Of a DNA stretch of 64,000 bases, positions 28,429 to 38,760 are shown piece by piece (within the stretch, counting starts at the first letter, position 1; every line of letters begins with the position of its first letter). The notes beneath the pieces are model-generated. The model was not told where the DNA came from. It did not search any database and saw only the letters and a list, made by a program, of their open reading frames with translations. This DNA comes from Candidatus Uhrbacteria bacterium (lineage in GTDB: Bacteria; Patescibacteriota; Patescibacteriia; UBA9934; GWF2-40-263): positions 11,053-75,052 of the forward strand of contig JAERTI010000036.1 of the NCBI GenBank assembly GCA_016844925.1, given 5' to 3'. Both the position numbers and the translations under genes were made by a program.

Positions 28429-30585
28429 ATGAAAAAACTATCCTATCTACTTCTTTTTTTGTTCTCTATTTTCTCGCTCTCCGCCTCACCGACGGCCGCC
28501 ATCAGCTCAAGTGAGCAGTGGTTCCAGCTTGAAAAAGGTTCATCCTCGGTCATCTACTACGACGTTGATGAGGGCCGAGATATGCTTGTTGCCGTGGGTC
28601 TAAGTGGAGAACTTATTTACTCCATGGACGATGGCGACACATGGACAGACGTCAACGAAACATCAAACACGCTCTACGCTGTTACTGAAAGTGACTTCGG
28701 TATTGTCGCCGCAGGTGAAAACGGCACAGTCGTCACCGCAGAAGATAACGAGTCCTGGAATGTTCAAACTATTGGTAGCGGGACTCTGGACATCATGGAT
28801 GTTGATTGTTCTGGAGACTACTGTGTTCTCGTCACAGACAGCGGCTATTACTACTACTCACGAGATGCTGGAGAGAGCTGGTCCACCGTCATCAGCCCTC
28901 CTTCATCAAGTAACTATCAAGGTGTGCACGTTGGCGCCTCAGGAACATTCTGGGTCTCAGGAGCCAATGGAGAACTCAAGCAAAGCTCCGCTGCCACCAT
29001 CACATCTTTCACAGAACAAACGAGTGGTTCTTCCCAGGTGCTTCTGGACGTCCACTTCCTCTCAGACGAACAGACCGGTTGGGCTGTTGGAGGGAGCGGA
29101 ACGATTGTTACTACCACAGATGGTGGAGACAACTGGACGGACGCATCTGTCGGATCAACCAACTGGTATCACATTGCAAGCAACCCCTCTGACGAAGATC
29201 ATCTCTTCATTCTTGGTGAAAGCGACATCATGGAGTCCACTGACGGCGGAAGTAGCTGGGACTCTGTCACACTTAGCTCATCCATGGCATCAGGCCTATT
29301 CTCCGGATCGATTGTTAATGGATCTCTCATTGCCGCAGGTGTCAGCAGCTCAGGTGGTGTGATCATCACCGATGACACAACGGCTCCATCAGCACCAACG
29401 AATCTTTCCACAAGCCCAAGCTCTCCATCTGCAAACCAAACGCCAACCTTGAGCTGGACCGATAGCACAGACGACAAATCCGGCATCGAGGGGTACTACG
29501 TCTATCTAGACGGCACCATGATCGACGGTGTCGAAAACGGATCTGGCGACGAGTCCTACACGTTCTCATCCCTGAGCGAAGGTGAGCACACGCTCGGCGT
29601 GATCGCCGCAGACTACGGAGAGAACGAATCTTCCATGGCGACCGTCACCTACCGCGTCGACAAGACGGGGCCAACGATTGGATCGCTCTCATCAACAACC
29701 GTTGCACCTGGCGAATCGACTATCACCAGCACCGTCACAGATGATTACGGAACCGTTGATGAATGTAACGCACATGTTGATGGGGCCACTTCTCAGGAAT
29801 ACCTACTTGAACGAGATACGCTACACATCACATTCACTCTTGAGGAAGTCGGGGAGTTCAACGTAAACATTGATTGCACCGATAGCTTTGGCAACACCAG
29901 CAACGCCAGTGAGATGATCACTGTGAGCGAGGAAACCAGCTCAGAGTCAGAAAGTTCAGAGTCGAGTGAATCGAGCTCTAGCTCATCCTCGGAAAGCAGC
30001 GAGTCGAGCTCATCTGAGTCTTCCAACGGCGGAAGCTCGAGCCCAACAGAGACCAGCGCTCCGGCCGTCGATGACTCTTCCAGCGCGGTGAGTAGTCTCT
30101 CTGAACTTTCCACGGGATCACTCATCAAGTTCGCCTGTGAAGAAGGGGCGCTCGTGAACGATCCTTGCACTGCGGTCTACTACTACGGCGCGGATGAAAA
30201 ACGTCACGCCTTCCCAAACAGCAAAGTCTACTTCACCTGGTATGAAGATTTCGACGACGTGATCGTTGTCACTCAGGACGTCATCTCTGACATTACCCTG
30301 GGCTCTAACGTGACCTACCGTCCAGGTGTCCGCATGGTGAAGTTCCTTTCTTGGAACACAGTCTACACTGTCAGCGCCGGGGGAGAGCTCCGCGCGGTTC
30401 CATCTGAAGAAGTCGCCATCGCCATGTACGGAGACGACTGGAACCAGCAGATCGATGACATCTCTGACGCGTTCTTCTCGAACTATTCGTTTGGCGACGA
30501 CCTAGAAGATGAGAACGATTACGATGCCGATGATGCCTACGGGGAGGTAGACGACATTGATGACGATATCGAGGCAAAATCTTAG
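28429..30585 (+). CDS. Secreted YCF48/BNR-repeat beta-propeller protein with FN3/Ig domains and CPR-type C-terminal domain
   Basis: SxDxGxxW repeats; Ser/Glu linker; LIK...AVYYYGADxKRHAFPNSKVYFTWY domain. Confidence 0.85.
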   Translation: MKKLSYLLLFLFSIFSLSASPTAAISSSEQWFQLEKGSSSVIYYDVDEGRDMLVAVGLSGELIYSMDDGDTWTDVNETSNTLYAVTESDFGIVAAGENGTVVTAEDNESWNVQTIGSGTLDIMDVDCSGDYCVLVTDSGYYYYSRDAGESWSTVISPPSSSNYQGVHVGASGTFWVSGANGELKQSSAATITSFTEQTSGSSQVLLDVHFLSDEQTGWAVGGSGTIVTTTDGGDNWTDASVGSTNWYHIASNPSDEDHLFILGESDIMESTDGGSSWDSVTLSSSMASGLFSGSIVNGSLIAAGVSSSGGVIITDDTTAPSAPTNLSTSPSSPSANQTPTLSWTDSTDDKSGIEGYYVYLDGTMIDGVENGSGDESYTFSSLSEGEHTLGVIAADYGENESSMATVTYRVDKTGPTIGSLSSTTVAPGESTITSTVTDDYGTVDECNAHVDGATSQEYLLERDTLHITFTLEEVGEFNVNIDCTDSFGNTSNASEMITVSEETSSESESSESSESSSSSSSESSESSSSESSNGGSSSPTETSAPAVDDSSSAVSSLSELSTGSLIKFACEEGALVNDPCTAVYYYGADEKRHAFPNSKVYFTWYEDFDDVIVVTQDVISDITLGSNVTYRPGVRMVKFLSWNTVYTVSAGGELRAVPSEEVAIAMYGDDWNQQIDDISDAFFSNYSFGDDLEDENDYDADDAYGEVDDIDDDIEAKS

Positions 30586-30675
30586 TAAGCAAAAACGGGC
30601 CGAAAGGCCTGTTTTTTGTTGACGCACGTATGGGCGCATGCAAAGATGCCGGCGCACATTGAAAGTGGAGTACTC

Positions 30676-31590
30676 ATGTCAGCTACTGGCACCCAGGTCG
30701 AGCTCGGCCGCCAGATCATCGGTCGCATCTCTCAGGACCGACAAGGCCATATTTCCGAGCAGCAGCTCGAGGTGGCCAGGGCCTACCTGGTGGGCAACTA
30801 CCTCCCGCTGGGCGAGAACGACTTCCTCGCTGTCCCCACGCCGACGGGCAAGATCATCAGCCTGGTCGTGAACGAGAAGATGGAGCTCATGATCTGCATC
30901 GAGACCACCCCCGGCAACGAGTCGACCCGGCAGATGTGGCACGGCCCCCTCGGGAACCTGAAGCAACTGGAGACCACCCCCACCAGTGCGACCGAGTCGG
31001 ATAGCGACGATCCTGACAACGAACAGCTCCCTCTGCCACAGATGCCCCAGCGCTTCGAGACCGGTGGAGAGATCTTCGAAGTCCGCTGGACCGACCCACA
31101 GACCCCGGGACTCAACACGGTCTACTCGCACACACGCGGGGACGAGACGCTGATCGATGGCATGTACGTCATGATCACCGACCTGGCCGTGACGGACAAG
31201 CACCTCATCTTCACCTTCCACCTCGACGTCCTGGGCACGTCCACACAATGGCAGGTCAAGAAGACGCAGATCACCGTCGTGAATCGTGGAACGGGTGACC
31301 ACCGTATCGAGGAAGAGGGGGAGTTGATCCAGGCCCGATGGGCCTTGCAACCTCCGTTCAGGGAGCTGCACTCCACCGGCACACGCATTGTTGTGGTGAA
31401 GCGCCACCCCTACGGTGGCAAGCATGCCACGCTCGGCGGCGTCTCGATCTACACCAACCGTGGACACATCTTCCACCGACTCCGCGGTGACTTCTCCACG
31501 CTCCACTACGCCTGCGGCGCCCTCTGGACCTGGCGCCCCGCACCCGGCGGCGCGGTCCTGACGCGCTACGACCTCCCCAACAGCGACTGA
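30676..31590 (+). CDS. Hypothetical protein (GC-rich orphan)
   Basis: ATG at 30676 after GGAG; TTGACG fused to the upstream terminator T-tract. Confidence 0.7.
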   Translation: MSATGTQVELGRQIIGRISQDRQGHISEQQLEVARAYLVGNYLPLGENDFLAVPTPTGKIISLVVNEKMELMICIETTPGNESTRQMWHGPLGNLKQLETTPTSATESDSDDPDNEQLPLPQMPQRFETGGEIFEVRWTDPQTPGLNTVYSHTRGDETLIDGMYVMITDLAVTDKHLIFTFHLDVLGTSTQWQVKKTQITVVNRGTGDHRIEEEGELIQARWALQPPFRELHSTGTRIVVVKRHPYGGKHATLGGVSIYTNRGHIFHRLRGDFSTLHYACGALWTWRPAPGGAVLTRYDLPNSD

Positions 31591-31647
31591 ATGCTGGCGG
31601 GGCTTTTTCTTTTTCAAATAAAAATCCGCACCAAGCGTGGTGCGGGA

Positions 31648-32445
31648 TCAGCTGCTCGCCGTCGTGATCTCCCAGCGTACATGGGGATCTTCTGGCGGCG
31701 TCAGGTCGAACGTGTCGGACAGGTAGAAGATGTGATCGATGATGAGGGCAGCCTGGTGAGGTGGCGCGCCCACTGTGGCGAGGGTTAAGACCCTCAGCTC
31801 ATCCTGCACGATCTTCCGTTCGCGCCTGCGAAGCTCCGGCTGGAACCGCTTCATAAGCACGTCACGGATGTGCGTGAAGAAGGGGTGTGCCTTGGACAGA
31901 AGCGACACAGCTGCGACGGACTTCTGACCACTCAGCGCCAACGTCGCCGTCACCACCTCACAGTCCTCCCTAGGAAGGAGAAGGAGCGGGACAGCTCCGG
32001 GGTATAGATCCACGAATGAACCTTGGTCACGACAACGCTCAACGAGGCGCCTCAGTGCCTCATCGAACTTCTGGTAGAACTCCTCACCGAGCGCCGCATC
32101 GCCCAGAATCTCCTGGAGGCAGTCCGAAGCCGCCATGAGTACCGAGGCGACATCGCGACCAATCTCGCTCGCATGTTTGAATGCCTCATCCGTGGGTGCG
32201 TCCAGGAGCAAGTACGCCCCCTCATCAGCATCCTCGTAGCCAGCGTCGTATCCGAACGTGTACGTTCCAGCCGGTGCATCACGCACCCACCGGTCAGAGA
32301 ACGCCTCTACCAGGGCAGGGGGAATGCCTGACTCACAGGTCGGCGTCATGTTTAGTGTCAGGCGTGCCTGACTCTCTGTGCGCGTCACCTCAGCAACCAG
32401 CACGACTCCCGTCTCCGACATCTCAACGGTAGGAAGGTCAGCCAT
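31648..32445 (-). CDS. Hypothetical protein (GC-rich orphan)
   Basis: ATG at 32445 after GAGGAGGT; promoter TTGACG-17-TAGCGT; terminator at 31617-31647. Confidence 0.7.
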   Translation of the reverse strand: MADLPTVEMSETGVVLVAEVTRTESQARLTLNMTPTCESGIPPALVEAFSDRWVRDAPAGTYTFGYDAGYEDADEGAYLLLDAPTDEAFKHASEIGRDVASVLMAASDCLQEILGDAALGEEFYQKFDEALRRLVERCRDQGSFVDLYPGAVPLLLLPREDCEVVTATLALSGQKSVAAVSLLSKAHPFFTHIRDVLMKRFQPELRRRERKIVQDELRVLTLATVGAPPHQAALIIDHIFYLSDTFDLTPPEDPHVRWEITTASS

Positions 32446-32527
32446 TATCACCTCCTCGGATCCACACGCTACCGACCACAACCCACTTCGTCAACCAAAA
32501 AACCGCGTCTGAACGCGGTTTCCATCC

Positions 32528-33745
32528 TCAGCTCTGCGCATGATACTGCGAGAGCGCATTGATACCAAGGCTTGTAAACGCCGCAATAAAGAACGACGCG
32601 GATATGGAAAAGTAACTTGTTACCACCATCAGGAAGACCATCATCAGCACGCGCCCAATAGAGAGCGAAATCTCTCGAAGCACTGTATATTCATCCACGT
32701 AGTGCCCACTATCAGCTGCTTGCTCGTACATGAGTGTATCCATGGGTGTGCGCAGCATAATGGAACCAAGGTTGTGAAATGTGGAAGCGGCAAACACACC
32801 TACAACCGTTTCAACCAACCCTTTCCAGAGCCAACCAAGCGCGTAAACTCCCGTTCCCATCTTTAGCATGCGTACAGGAGATTTTTTATCTGCCTGCTTT
32901 CCAATAAACACTTCGAGTACCAGCGAGATGGTCACAATAACCGCTGTGAACGCTCCCACATTCAAGTAATCACCTTCAAACACCGAAAAGAGGAAGATGG
33001 GCCAGACGGCAAACCCAACGATGTTCTCTGCCCCGTAGGCCATCATAGAATAGGCCATGCCTCGATACCTCTTGGAGAACAGCTTTTTAAAACTCTCAAT
33101 GAACGTAAACTCGTACGCAACATTATATGGAGGCAGGAAGAACAGGGGCACAATCGATGCAGCAGCGATGAGCAACCCCAGAGCAAAGTTCATGCCATAG
33201 CCAAACCGCGTGATAATAAACCCAGCGCCAATCGGTGCAAGCACACTTATAAGACGCTGTGCCGCATAAAAAACACCAATCTGTTTTCCCCGATGCTTCT
33301 TTGAAGAAAACTCTGCAAAGTCGATGTGAAAGGGAGACCAATAAAAGACACTTACGATTGTCAGCCCCACCATACCAAGCCCCATCAGAGCATAGGGATC
33401 AATCGCACTCCCTGTATCAAGAAGATAGAACGTGAGATAAAAAAACATGAGCCCCATCACACCAAAAACCATCGAAGGGACTAAGCCTGTTTTTGAAAAA
33501 ATCTTTGCCCCCCAAATAAAGAACGGGATCTTTATGACAAAGTTAATGGCATACCAAGCAAGCACCAGTGTGATGGACATCCCAAAAAACTCGTAGAGAA
33601 AGATGGGGAGAAACATTCCCGTTACTGATGAAGCCGCGAATCCCAGTAAACGATTCGTCATCAGTGCAGGAAGTCCTCCCACATGTGAGAGAGAGTGACG
33701 ATGTGTACGAAACGGATGAGATGTTGCGTGATGTGTACGTGGCAT
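32528..33745 (-). CDS. MFS transporter
   Basis: About 12 TM segments; start MPRTHH at 33745. The upstream extension in the ORF track is the antisense of rpsO. Confidence 0.85.
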   Translation of the reverse strand: MPRTHHATSHPFRTHRHSLSHVGGLPALMTNRLLGFAASSVTGMFLPIFLYEFFGMSITLVLAWYAINFVIKIPFFIWGAKIFSKTGLVPSMVFGVMGLMFFYLTFYLLDTGSAIDPYALMGLGMVGLTIVSVFYWSPFHIDFAEFSSKKHRGKQIGVFYAAQRLISVLAPIGAGFIITRFGYGMNFALGLLIAAASIVPLFFLPPYNVAYEFTFIESFKKLFSKRYRGMAYSMMAYGAENIVGFAVWPIFLFSVFEGDYLNVGAFTAVIVTISLVLEVFIGKQADKKSPVRMLKMGTGVYALGWLWKGLVETVVGVFAASTFHNLGSIMLRTPMDTLMYEQAADSGHYVDEYTVLREISLSIGRVLMMVFLMVVTSYFSISASFFIAAFTSLGINALSQYHAQS

Positions 33746-33941
33746 AACGCTTAGTAGTATAGCAGTGATCGTGCACAGCCCCGTCCACAGTCCTGTGTGT
33801 TCCAAAAGTGAACTCAATAGCCACCGCCCCTTGACCAAAACCCATCTTTTCGCTACGATTCGGCCGTAAATACTAACCAGGACGACGTCTTGGATGAGGA
33901 ATGAGCCCCTCTTCTCGGATATCGCCATGTAATCAAGAACT

Positions 33942-34205
33942 ATGCTCACAGCCAAGAAGAAGCAGAACATCATTAAGAAGTACCGCACGCACGACTCAGA
34001 CACTGGGTCACCGCAGGTCCAGATCGCTATTTTGACCGCTGAGATCGCCGACCTCACCATCCACTTGCGCGAGCACAAGAAGGACAACTCCTCTCGCCGT
34101 GGTTTGATCAGCAAAGTCAACGAGCGCCGTAAGCTTATGAAGTATTTGGAGCGCGAAGATCTCGCTGCTCTTACAAAGCTAAAGGAAGCTCTCAAAATAA
34201 GGTAA
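33942..34205 (+). CDS. rpsO: 30S ribosomal protein S15
   Basis: DTGSPQVQIAILT...HKKDNSSRRGL. Confidence 0.97.
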   Translation: MLTAKKKQNIIKKYRTHDSDTGSPQVQIAILTAEIADLTIHLREHKKDNSSRRGLISKVNERRKLMKYLEREDLAALTKLKEALKIR

Positions 34206-34319
34206 AATGAATACCCTGCCAGACCGGCAGGGATTTCGCTTTTTTTAACCAGGCACACCCACGCATTGTTCGGTCGAGACAAGCACCGTATTGTGCCTGA
34301 CATTTTTTCAAAAACACGT

Positions 34320-34979
34320 ATGTTTAAGCACAAAGACCAGCGTGTCGGCGTTTTTATCGACACGCAAAACATGTACTACAGCGCGAGAAATCTTTTTAAG
34401 CGCAAAGTGAACTTTAAAAATATCGTCGAGGACGCCGTTGCCGGACGGAAGCTCATCCGAGCCATGGCCTACGTCGTCGCTACAGAGGACGGCCAAGAGA
34501 AGCCTTTCTTTGACGCCCTTGAGAAGGCAGGAATCGAAACCATCGCAAAAGACCTTCAGGAATATGCCTCCGGAGCAAAGAAGGCGGACTGGGATGTGGG
34601 ACTCGCCATCGATGTCGTGCAAATGCTCGACACTTTGGACGTCGTTGTCCTTGCTTCCGGAGATGGGGACTTCCTCCCTCTTGTAAACTATGTTCACTCT
34701 CGAGGCAGAATGATAGAGGTCATGGCCTTTGGTCAGACCACCTCAGGAAAACTTCGTACACTTGCCAATGACTACACGGACCTTTCAGGAAACAAGCGCC
34801 GATACCTCATCGGACCAAAACTTGACGGGCCAAAAGCTAGCGCAAAAAAGAGCCGAACCATCGCCCAAGAGGAACGCGAGGTGCCAGAAAAGGAAACTGG
34901 TGACACAGGGGGATTCTTCATGGAGATCGAGGATGTAGACGACCAGGAAGAAAGCCGCACACGTCGACTGGAATTCTAG
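34320..34979 (+). CDS. NYN-domain (LabA/DUF88) protein
   Basis: FIDTQN, KADWDVGLAID, SGDGDFLPL. Confidence 0.9.
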   Translation: MFKHKDQRVGVFIDTQNMYYSARNLFKRKVNFKNIVEDAVAGRKLIRAMAYVVATEDGQEKPFFDALEKAGIETIAKDLQEYASGAKKADWDVGLAIDVVQMLDTLDVVVLASGDGDFLPLVNYVHSRGRMIEVMAFGQTTSGKLRTLANDYTDLSGNKRRYLIGPKLDGPKASAKKSRTIAQEEREVPEKETGDTGGFFMEIEDVDDQEESRTRRLEF

Positions 34980-35039
34980 TAGTCAGCCCATATCCGCCAC
35001 CGATACGTCGGTGGCCTCGATGGTCTAATTACTAATCTA

Positions 35040-35095
35040 CTCCTGTAGAAACAACGAGATCTCGACATGGTCGAAATCTTTCGCTTCTACAGGAG
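35040..35095 (+). promoter_or_regulatory. pnp leader stem-loop sequestering the SD
   Basis: CTCCTGTAGAA (35040-50) is the exact complement of TTCTACAGGAG (35085-95), which contains AGGAG. Confidence 0.7.
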
Positions 35096-35102
35096 ACACA
35101 TT

Positions 35103-37397
35103 ATGCCAAACGCAAAACGCTACGAAACCCAGTGGGGAGGTCGAACCCTCTCCATTGAAGTGGGCAAGTTTGCCCAGCAAGCAGGTGGATCCTGCATCGT
35201 GCAGTATGGTGAGACCGTTGTTCTCGCCACTGCCACCATGAGTTCCCACGCACGACCAGGACTCAACTGGTTCCCGCTTATGGTCGACTTTGAAGAAAAG
35301 CTGTACGCAGCCGGCCGCATCAAAGGCAGCCGATTCATGAAGAAAGAAGGACGTCCTACAGACGAGGCTGTTCTCACCTCACGTATGATCGACCGCGCTC
35401 TGCGTCCGTTGTTTGATAGCAGCATCCGCAACGACGTTCAGGTGATCGTTACTGCCCTGGCCTACGATCAGGAGAACGACCCAGATGTTGTTGGGCTCAT
35501 TGCCGCCAGTTGCGCGCTGCACATGAGTGACATCCCATGGGCCGGCCCACTTGCTGGTGTTCGTGTGGGACACGTTGGAGGAGAGTACGTGCTCAATCCA
35601 ACGAAGTCACAAATGGAAGACTCACAGCTCGACCTCATCTTTGCCGGACTTAACGACAAGGTCATCATGGTTGAAGCAGGAGCCAACGAGGCAAAGGAAG
35701 ACATTGTCCTTGGAGGATTCTGGCATGGGCTCGATGAGATGAAGGCACCTATCGCCCTGATCGAAGAAGTCCGCGCCGCCCACGGAAAAGAGAAGCGTTA
35801 TCCTGGGGCCGCTGTTACAGATGAAGAAAAATCTGCAGAAGCAAGGCGAAAAGAGGTCGAAGATCTCGCTCGCCCGTATATCGTAGAGCAAGTACAAGAA
35901 CTCTTCTTTAAGGCCCCACAAGCTACAAAGGGCGAACGTGGAGCTGCCAAGAGTGAGCTTAAAGATCGTGTGAAAGCTTTTCTTGAAGAGAAGGGTGTAG
36001 AGGAAGAAGAGATTGGATACGGCACAGGCATCGCTGTTGACGTTCTCGAGTCTGAGATCCAACGCCTCGTTGTTGAAGAAGATCGACGTGTAGACGGACG
36101 TAGCACCACAGAGATCCGTGAGCTCATTTCAGAGACCGCCATTCTCCCCCGCGTGCACGGCTCTGCTCACTTCAGTCGTGGAGAGACGCAGGTCATGACG
36201 GTTGTCACCCTCGGTGCCCCTGGCGACGAACAGACACTCGACGGTATGCGTTACACGGGAACCAAGCGCTACTTCCACCACTACAACTTCCCTCCGTACT
36301 CCGTTGGTGAAGTAAAGCCAATGCGTGGACCATCCCGTCGTGACATCGGTCACGGGGGTCTCGCAGAAAAAGCACTGGCACCAATGATGCCAGACAAGGA
36401 AAGCTTCCCGTACACCATCCGTGCTGTCTCAGAAGTGCTTGGGTCAAACGGATCAAGCTCCATGGGATCCACCTGTGGTTCAACACTTTCCCTCATGGAC
36501 GCCGGTGTTCCAATCAAAGCTCCTGTCGCAGGTATTGCCATGGGCCTCGCCATGAACGAATCTGGCGACTGGAAAGTACTGACCGACCTTCAGGATCTGG
36601 AAGACGGAAAGGGAGGTATGGACTTCAAAATCGCTGGTTCCCGAGACGGGCTCACAGCCATCCAGATGGACACAAAGACCCACGGACTCTCCCGCGACAT
36701 TGTGCAGAAGACCTTTGAGCAGGCACTGGATGCCCGCATGGAAATCCTGGACGTGATTGAAAAAGAAATTCCAGCCCCACGTGCAGACCTTTCACCACAT
36801 GCGCCACGCATTATCTCTCTCAAGATCAACCCAGAATTGATTGGAAACGTCATTGGACCTGGAGGAAAGACCATCAACGAGCTCATCGCCACAACCGGCG
36901 TAGGTGCCATCGATATTGATGACGATGGTCTGGTCATGATCACCTCCACAGACGCAGAAGGGGCTCAGAAGGCTCTCGAGAGCATTAAGAACCTTACGCG
37001 AGAAGTGGTTGTAGGCGAGATCTATAAAGGAAAGGTTGTCCGCATCATGGACTTTGGAGCGATCGTCGAATTCCTGCCAAAACGTGACGGGATGGTACAC
37101 GTAAGCATGATGGCCCCTTGGCGAGTTGAAAAAGTTACCGATATCGTTAAGCTAGGGGATGAAGTGAACGTAAAGGTTATGGAGGTATCTCCAGACGGAG
37201 GCAAAATCAGCCTCTCTATGAAGGATGCTCCAGGAAACAAGCTTCCAGAGCGCCCAGCGTACAAACCACGTGAAGACCGTGGTGGACACGGACGCGGGCC
37301 ACGCCGAGGTGGAAATGGAGGTGGTCGCCCACAGGGAAACCGCCGTCCACCAGCTCCAAGAGCACCAAAACCAGCAGGGGGGTCTAGCGACCAATAA
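35103..37397 (+). CDS. pnp: Polyribonucleotide nucleotidyltransferase
   Basis: FPLMVDFEEK, HGSAHFSRGETQ, SNGSSSMGS, GMDFKIAG, KH and S1 domains. Confidence 0.97.
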   Translation: MPNAKRYETQWGGRTLSIEVGKFAQQAGGSCIVQYGETVVLATATMSSHARPGLNWFPLMVDFEEKLYAAGRIKGSRFMKKEGRPTDEAVLTSRMIDRALRPLFDSSIRNDVQVIVTALAYDQENDPDVVGLIAASCALHMSDIPWAGPLAGVRVGHVGGEYVLNPTKSQMEDSQLDLIFAGLNDKVIMVEAGANEAKEDIVLGGFWHGLDEMKAPIALIEEVRAAHGKEKRYPGAAVTDEEKSAEARRKEVEDLARPYIVEQVQELFFKAPQATKGERGAAKSELKDRVKAFLEEKGVEEEEIGYGTGIAVDVLESEIQRLVVEEDRRVDGRSTTEIRELISETAILPRVHGSAHFSRGETQVMTVVTLGAPGDEQTLDGMRYTGTKRYFHHYNFPPYSVGEVKPMRGPSRRDIGHGGLAEKALAPMMPDKESFPYTIRAVSEVLGSNGSSSMGSTCGSTLSLMDAGVPIKAPVAGIAMGLAMNESGDWKVLTDLQDLEDGKGGMDFKIAGSRDGLTAIQMDTKTHGLSRDIVQKTFEQALDARMEILDVIEKEIPAPRADLSPHAPRIISLKINPELIGNVIGPGGKTINELIATTGVGAIDIDDDGLVMITSTDAEGAQKALESIKNLTREVVVGEIYKGKVVRIMDFGAIVEFLPKRDGMVHVSMMAPWRVEKVTDIVKLGDEVNVKVMEVSPDGGKISLSMKDAPGNKLPERPAYKPREDRGGHGRGPRRGGNGGGRPQGNRRPPAPRAPKPAGGSSDQ

Positions 37398-38611
37398 TGC
37401 AACGACTCAACATTCCATTATCCAGACATAGCAGAACAACCCGTCATAACAGGCGGGTTGTTTGGATTCTGGTAATTTTTGGGCTTATCGCACTCGCTGT
37501 AGTCTGGAGAGGATCTGCAACCCTACTGAGCCGGGCAACCATCTTCTCCACTGCACCAGATGGCACCGTGGCCGCCGTCTATCTGCAGATAAACGACGAA
37601 ACAGGCCCCTATATCGATACATTGCTCCAGAGCGTACCCCTTATATCCAATAGAAGCATTGAATTAAAGGACATCGTGGAGGAAACTCGAGGGGATGTGG
37701 CTATATTTCTTACCGAGAATGGACAACGTTCTTTGGCCATCCGCTCAAATACAGAAGCTCTAGAAAGTCTCTCGTTAGAAGGAATAGGTGTGACCATACA
37801 GCAACATGGGCCCTTTTTGCTCCTTTCTGAGACACTTGTTTCCATTAGCGGGATAGACATCTCCCTCTCAAAGCCATTTTTCCCTTCGTTTTCGAAGACT
37901 TGGGTTGGTGGAGTTTGGGTTCAGGGCTATGGCCAGGGGGATATCCGGGTAAATAACCAAGGGGTTGAAGTTGCTTTTGAGACAGAAAAGCAACAAACAT
38001 CTGAAACAGTTCTCATGAACGATATGATCGCTCATGCTCTACTAAACAACCAAAATATAAATACCCCTCCACTCTCTTATGAGGAAATTTTTCCTTATTT
38101 TGGTCAAATTGAGGAGGTCATTATTCGTGAGAACGGAATTCTTATCTCCTTAGAACAGGGGACACTCGACGAAAACGATCTCACAAGCCAACTTCAGGAA
38201 ATTACCGCCCTAAATAATCCGTCCACGCTCACAAAAATAATGATTGACGGTAGTAGTTACGATGAACTTCAAATCGACCCAACTTTGATCACCGTAGAAG
38301 AAATAAGCATTGGCGGTGTGCGTGTTTTTCGCAGCGGAACACTCCTAGGGCTCCTGCAAGATGGTCGTGCCATTATCTCAACAAGTCAGCAGCTCGTTGA
38401 GGCCTTTGTAAAACCAGAAGAGAGTGAAGCCAACCTCTGTACAAACGCTTCAATCGTTGTGAGACCACAATCTTTGCTAGAAAGTATTTCATCGGTTCAT
38501 TACGACCCACGACTTACCCCACTCGCATTTATTGATCGTTTTTCAGTCATTTACCTTGAGAAGAATAAGTATTCAAACGTAATTCACCTTTCATCACATG
38601 ACTGTGGATAA
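37397..38611 (+). CDS. Membrane-anchored hypothetical protein
   Basis: 404-aa ORF coupled to the pnp stop (TAATG); N-terminal TM. Confidence 0.7.
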   Translation: MQRLNIPLSRHSRTTRHNRRVVWILVIFGLIALAVVWRGSATLLSRATIFSTAPDGTVAAVYLQINDETGPYIDTLLQSVPLISNRSIELKDIVEETRGDVAIFLTENGQRSLAIRSNTEALESLSLEGIGVTIQQHGPFLLLSETLVSISGIDISLSKPFFPSFSKTWVGGVWVQGYGQGDIRVNNQGVEVAFETEKQQTSETVLMNDMIAHALLNNQNINTPPLSYEEIFPYFGQIEEVIIRENGILISLEQGTLDENDLTSQLQEITALNNPSTLTKIMIDGSSYDELQIDPTLITVEEISIGGVRVFRSGTLLGLLQDGRAIISTSQQLVEAFVKPEESEANLCTNASIVVRPQSLLESISSVHYDPRLTPLAFIDRFSVIYLEKNKYSNVIHLSSHDCG

Positions 38612-38642
38612 GTTATTTATATCTCACCTTTTTTGTGGATAA
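38603..38642 (-). promoter_or_regulatory. Two perfect DnaA boxes
   Basis: TGTGGATAA at 38603-38611 and 38634-38642. Confidence 0.65.
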
Positions 38643-38722
38643 CTTTTCCTTTAGTCAAAATACCTCGAACACATAATGTATCCACCACCACAACTTCTTT
38701 CCTAAACTTAGCCAGATATCAT

Positions 38723-38754
38723 AAATTGACCAGAGGTCAATTTTTTGGTATTAT
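38723..38754 (+). promoter_or_regulatory. Sigma70 promoter with palindromic operator over the -35
   Basis: TTGACC-17-TATTAT; AAATTGACC-AGA-GGTCAATTT palindrome. Confidence 0.7.
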
Positions 38755-38760
38755 GTATTT

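Noticed and set aside
29930-30050. Low-complexity repeat-like tract
   Set aside because: Encodes a Ser/Glu linker within a surface protein; not an independent repeat element.
33746-34372. N-terminal extension of the MFS ORF to 614 aa
   Set aside because: Overlaps rpsO and NYN on the opposite strand; true start is near 33745.
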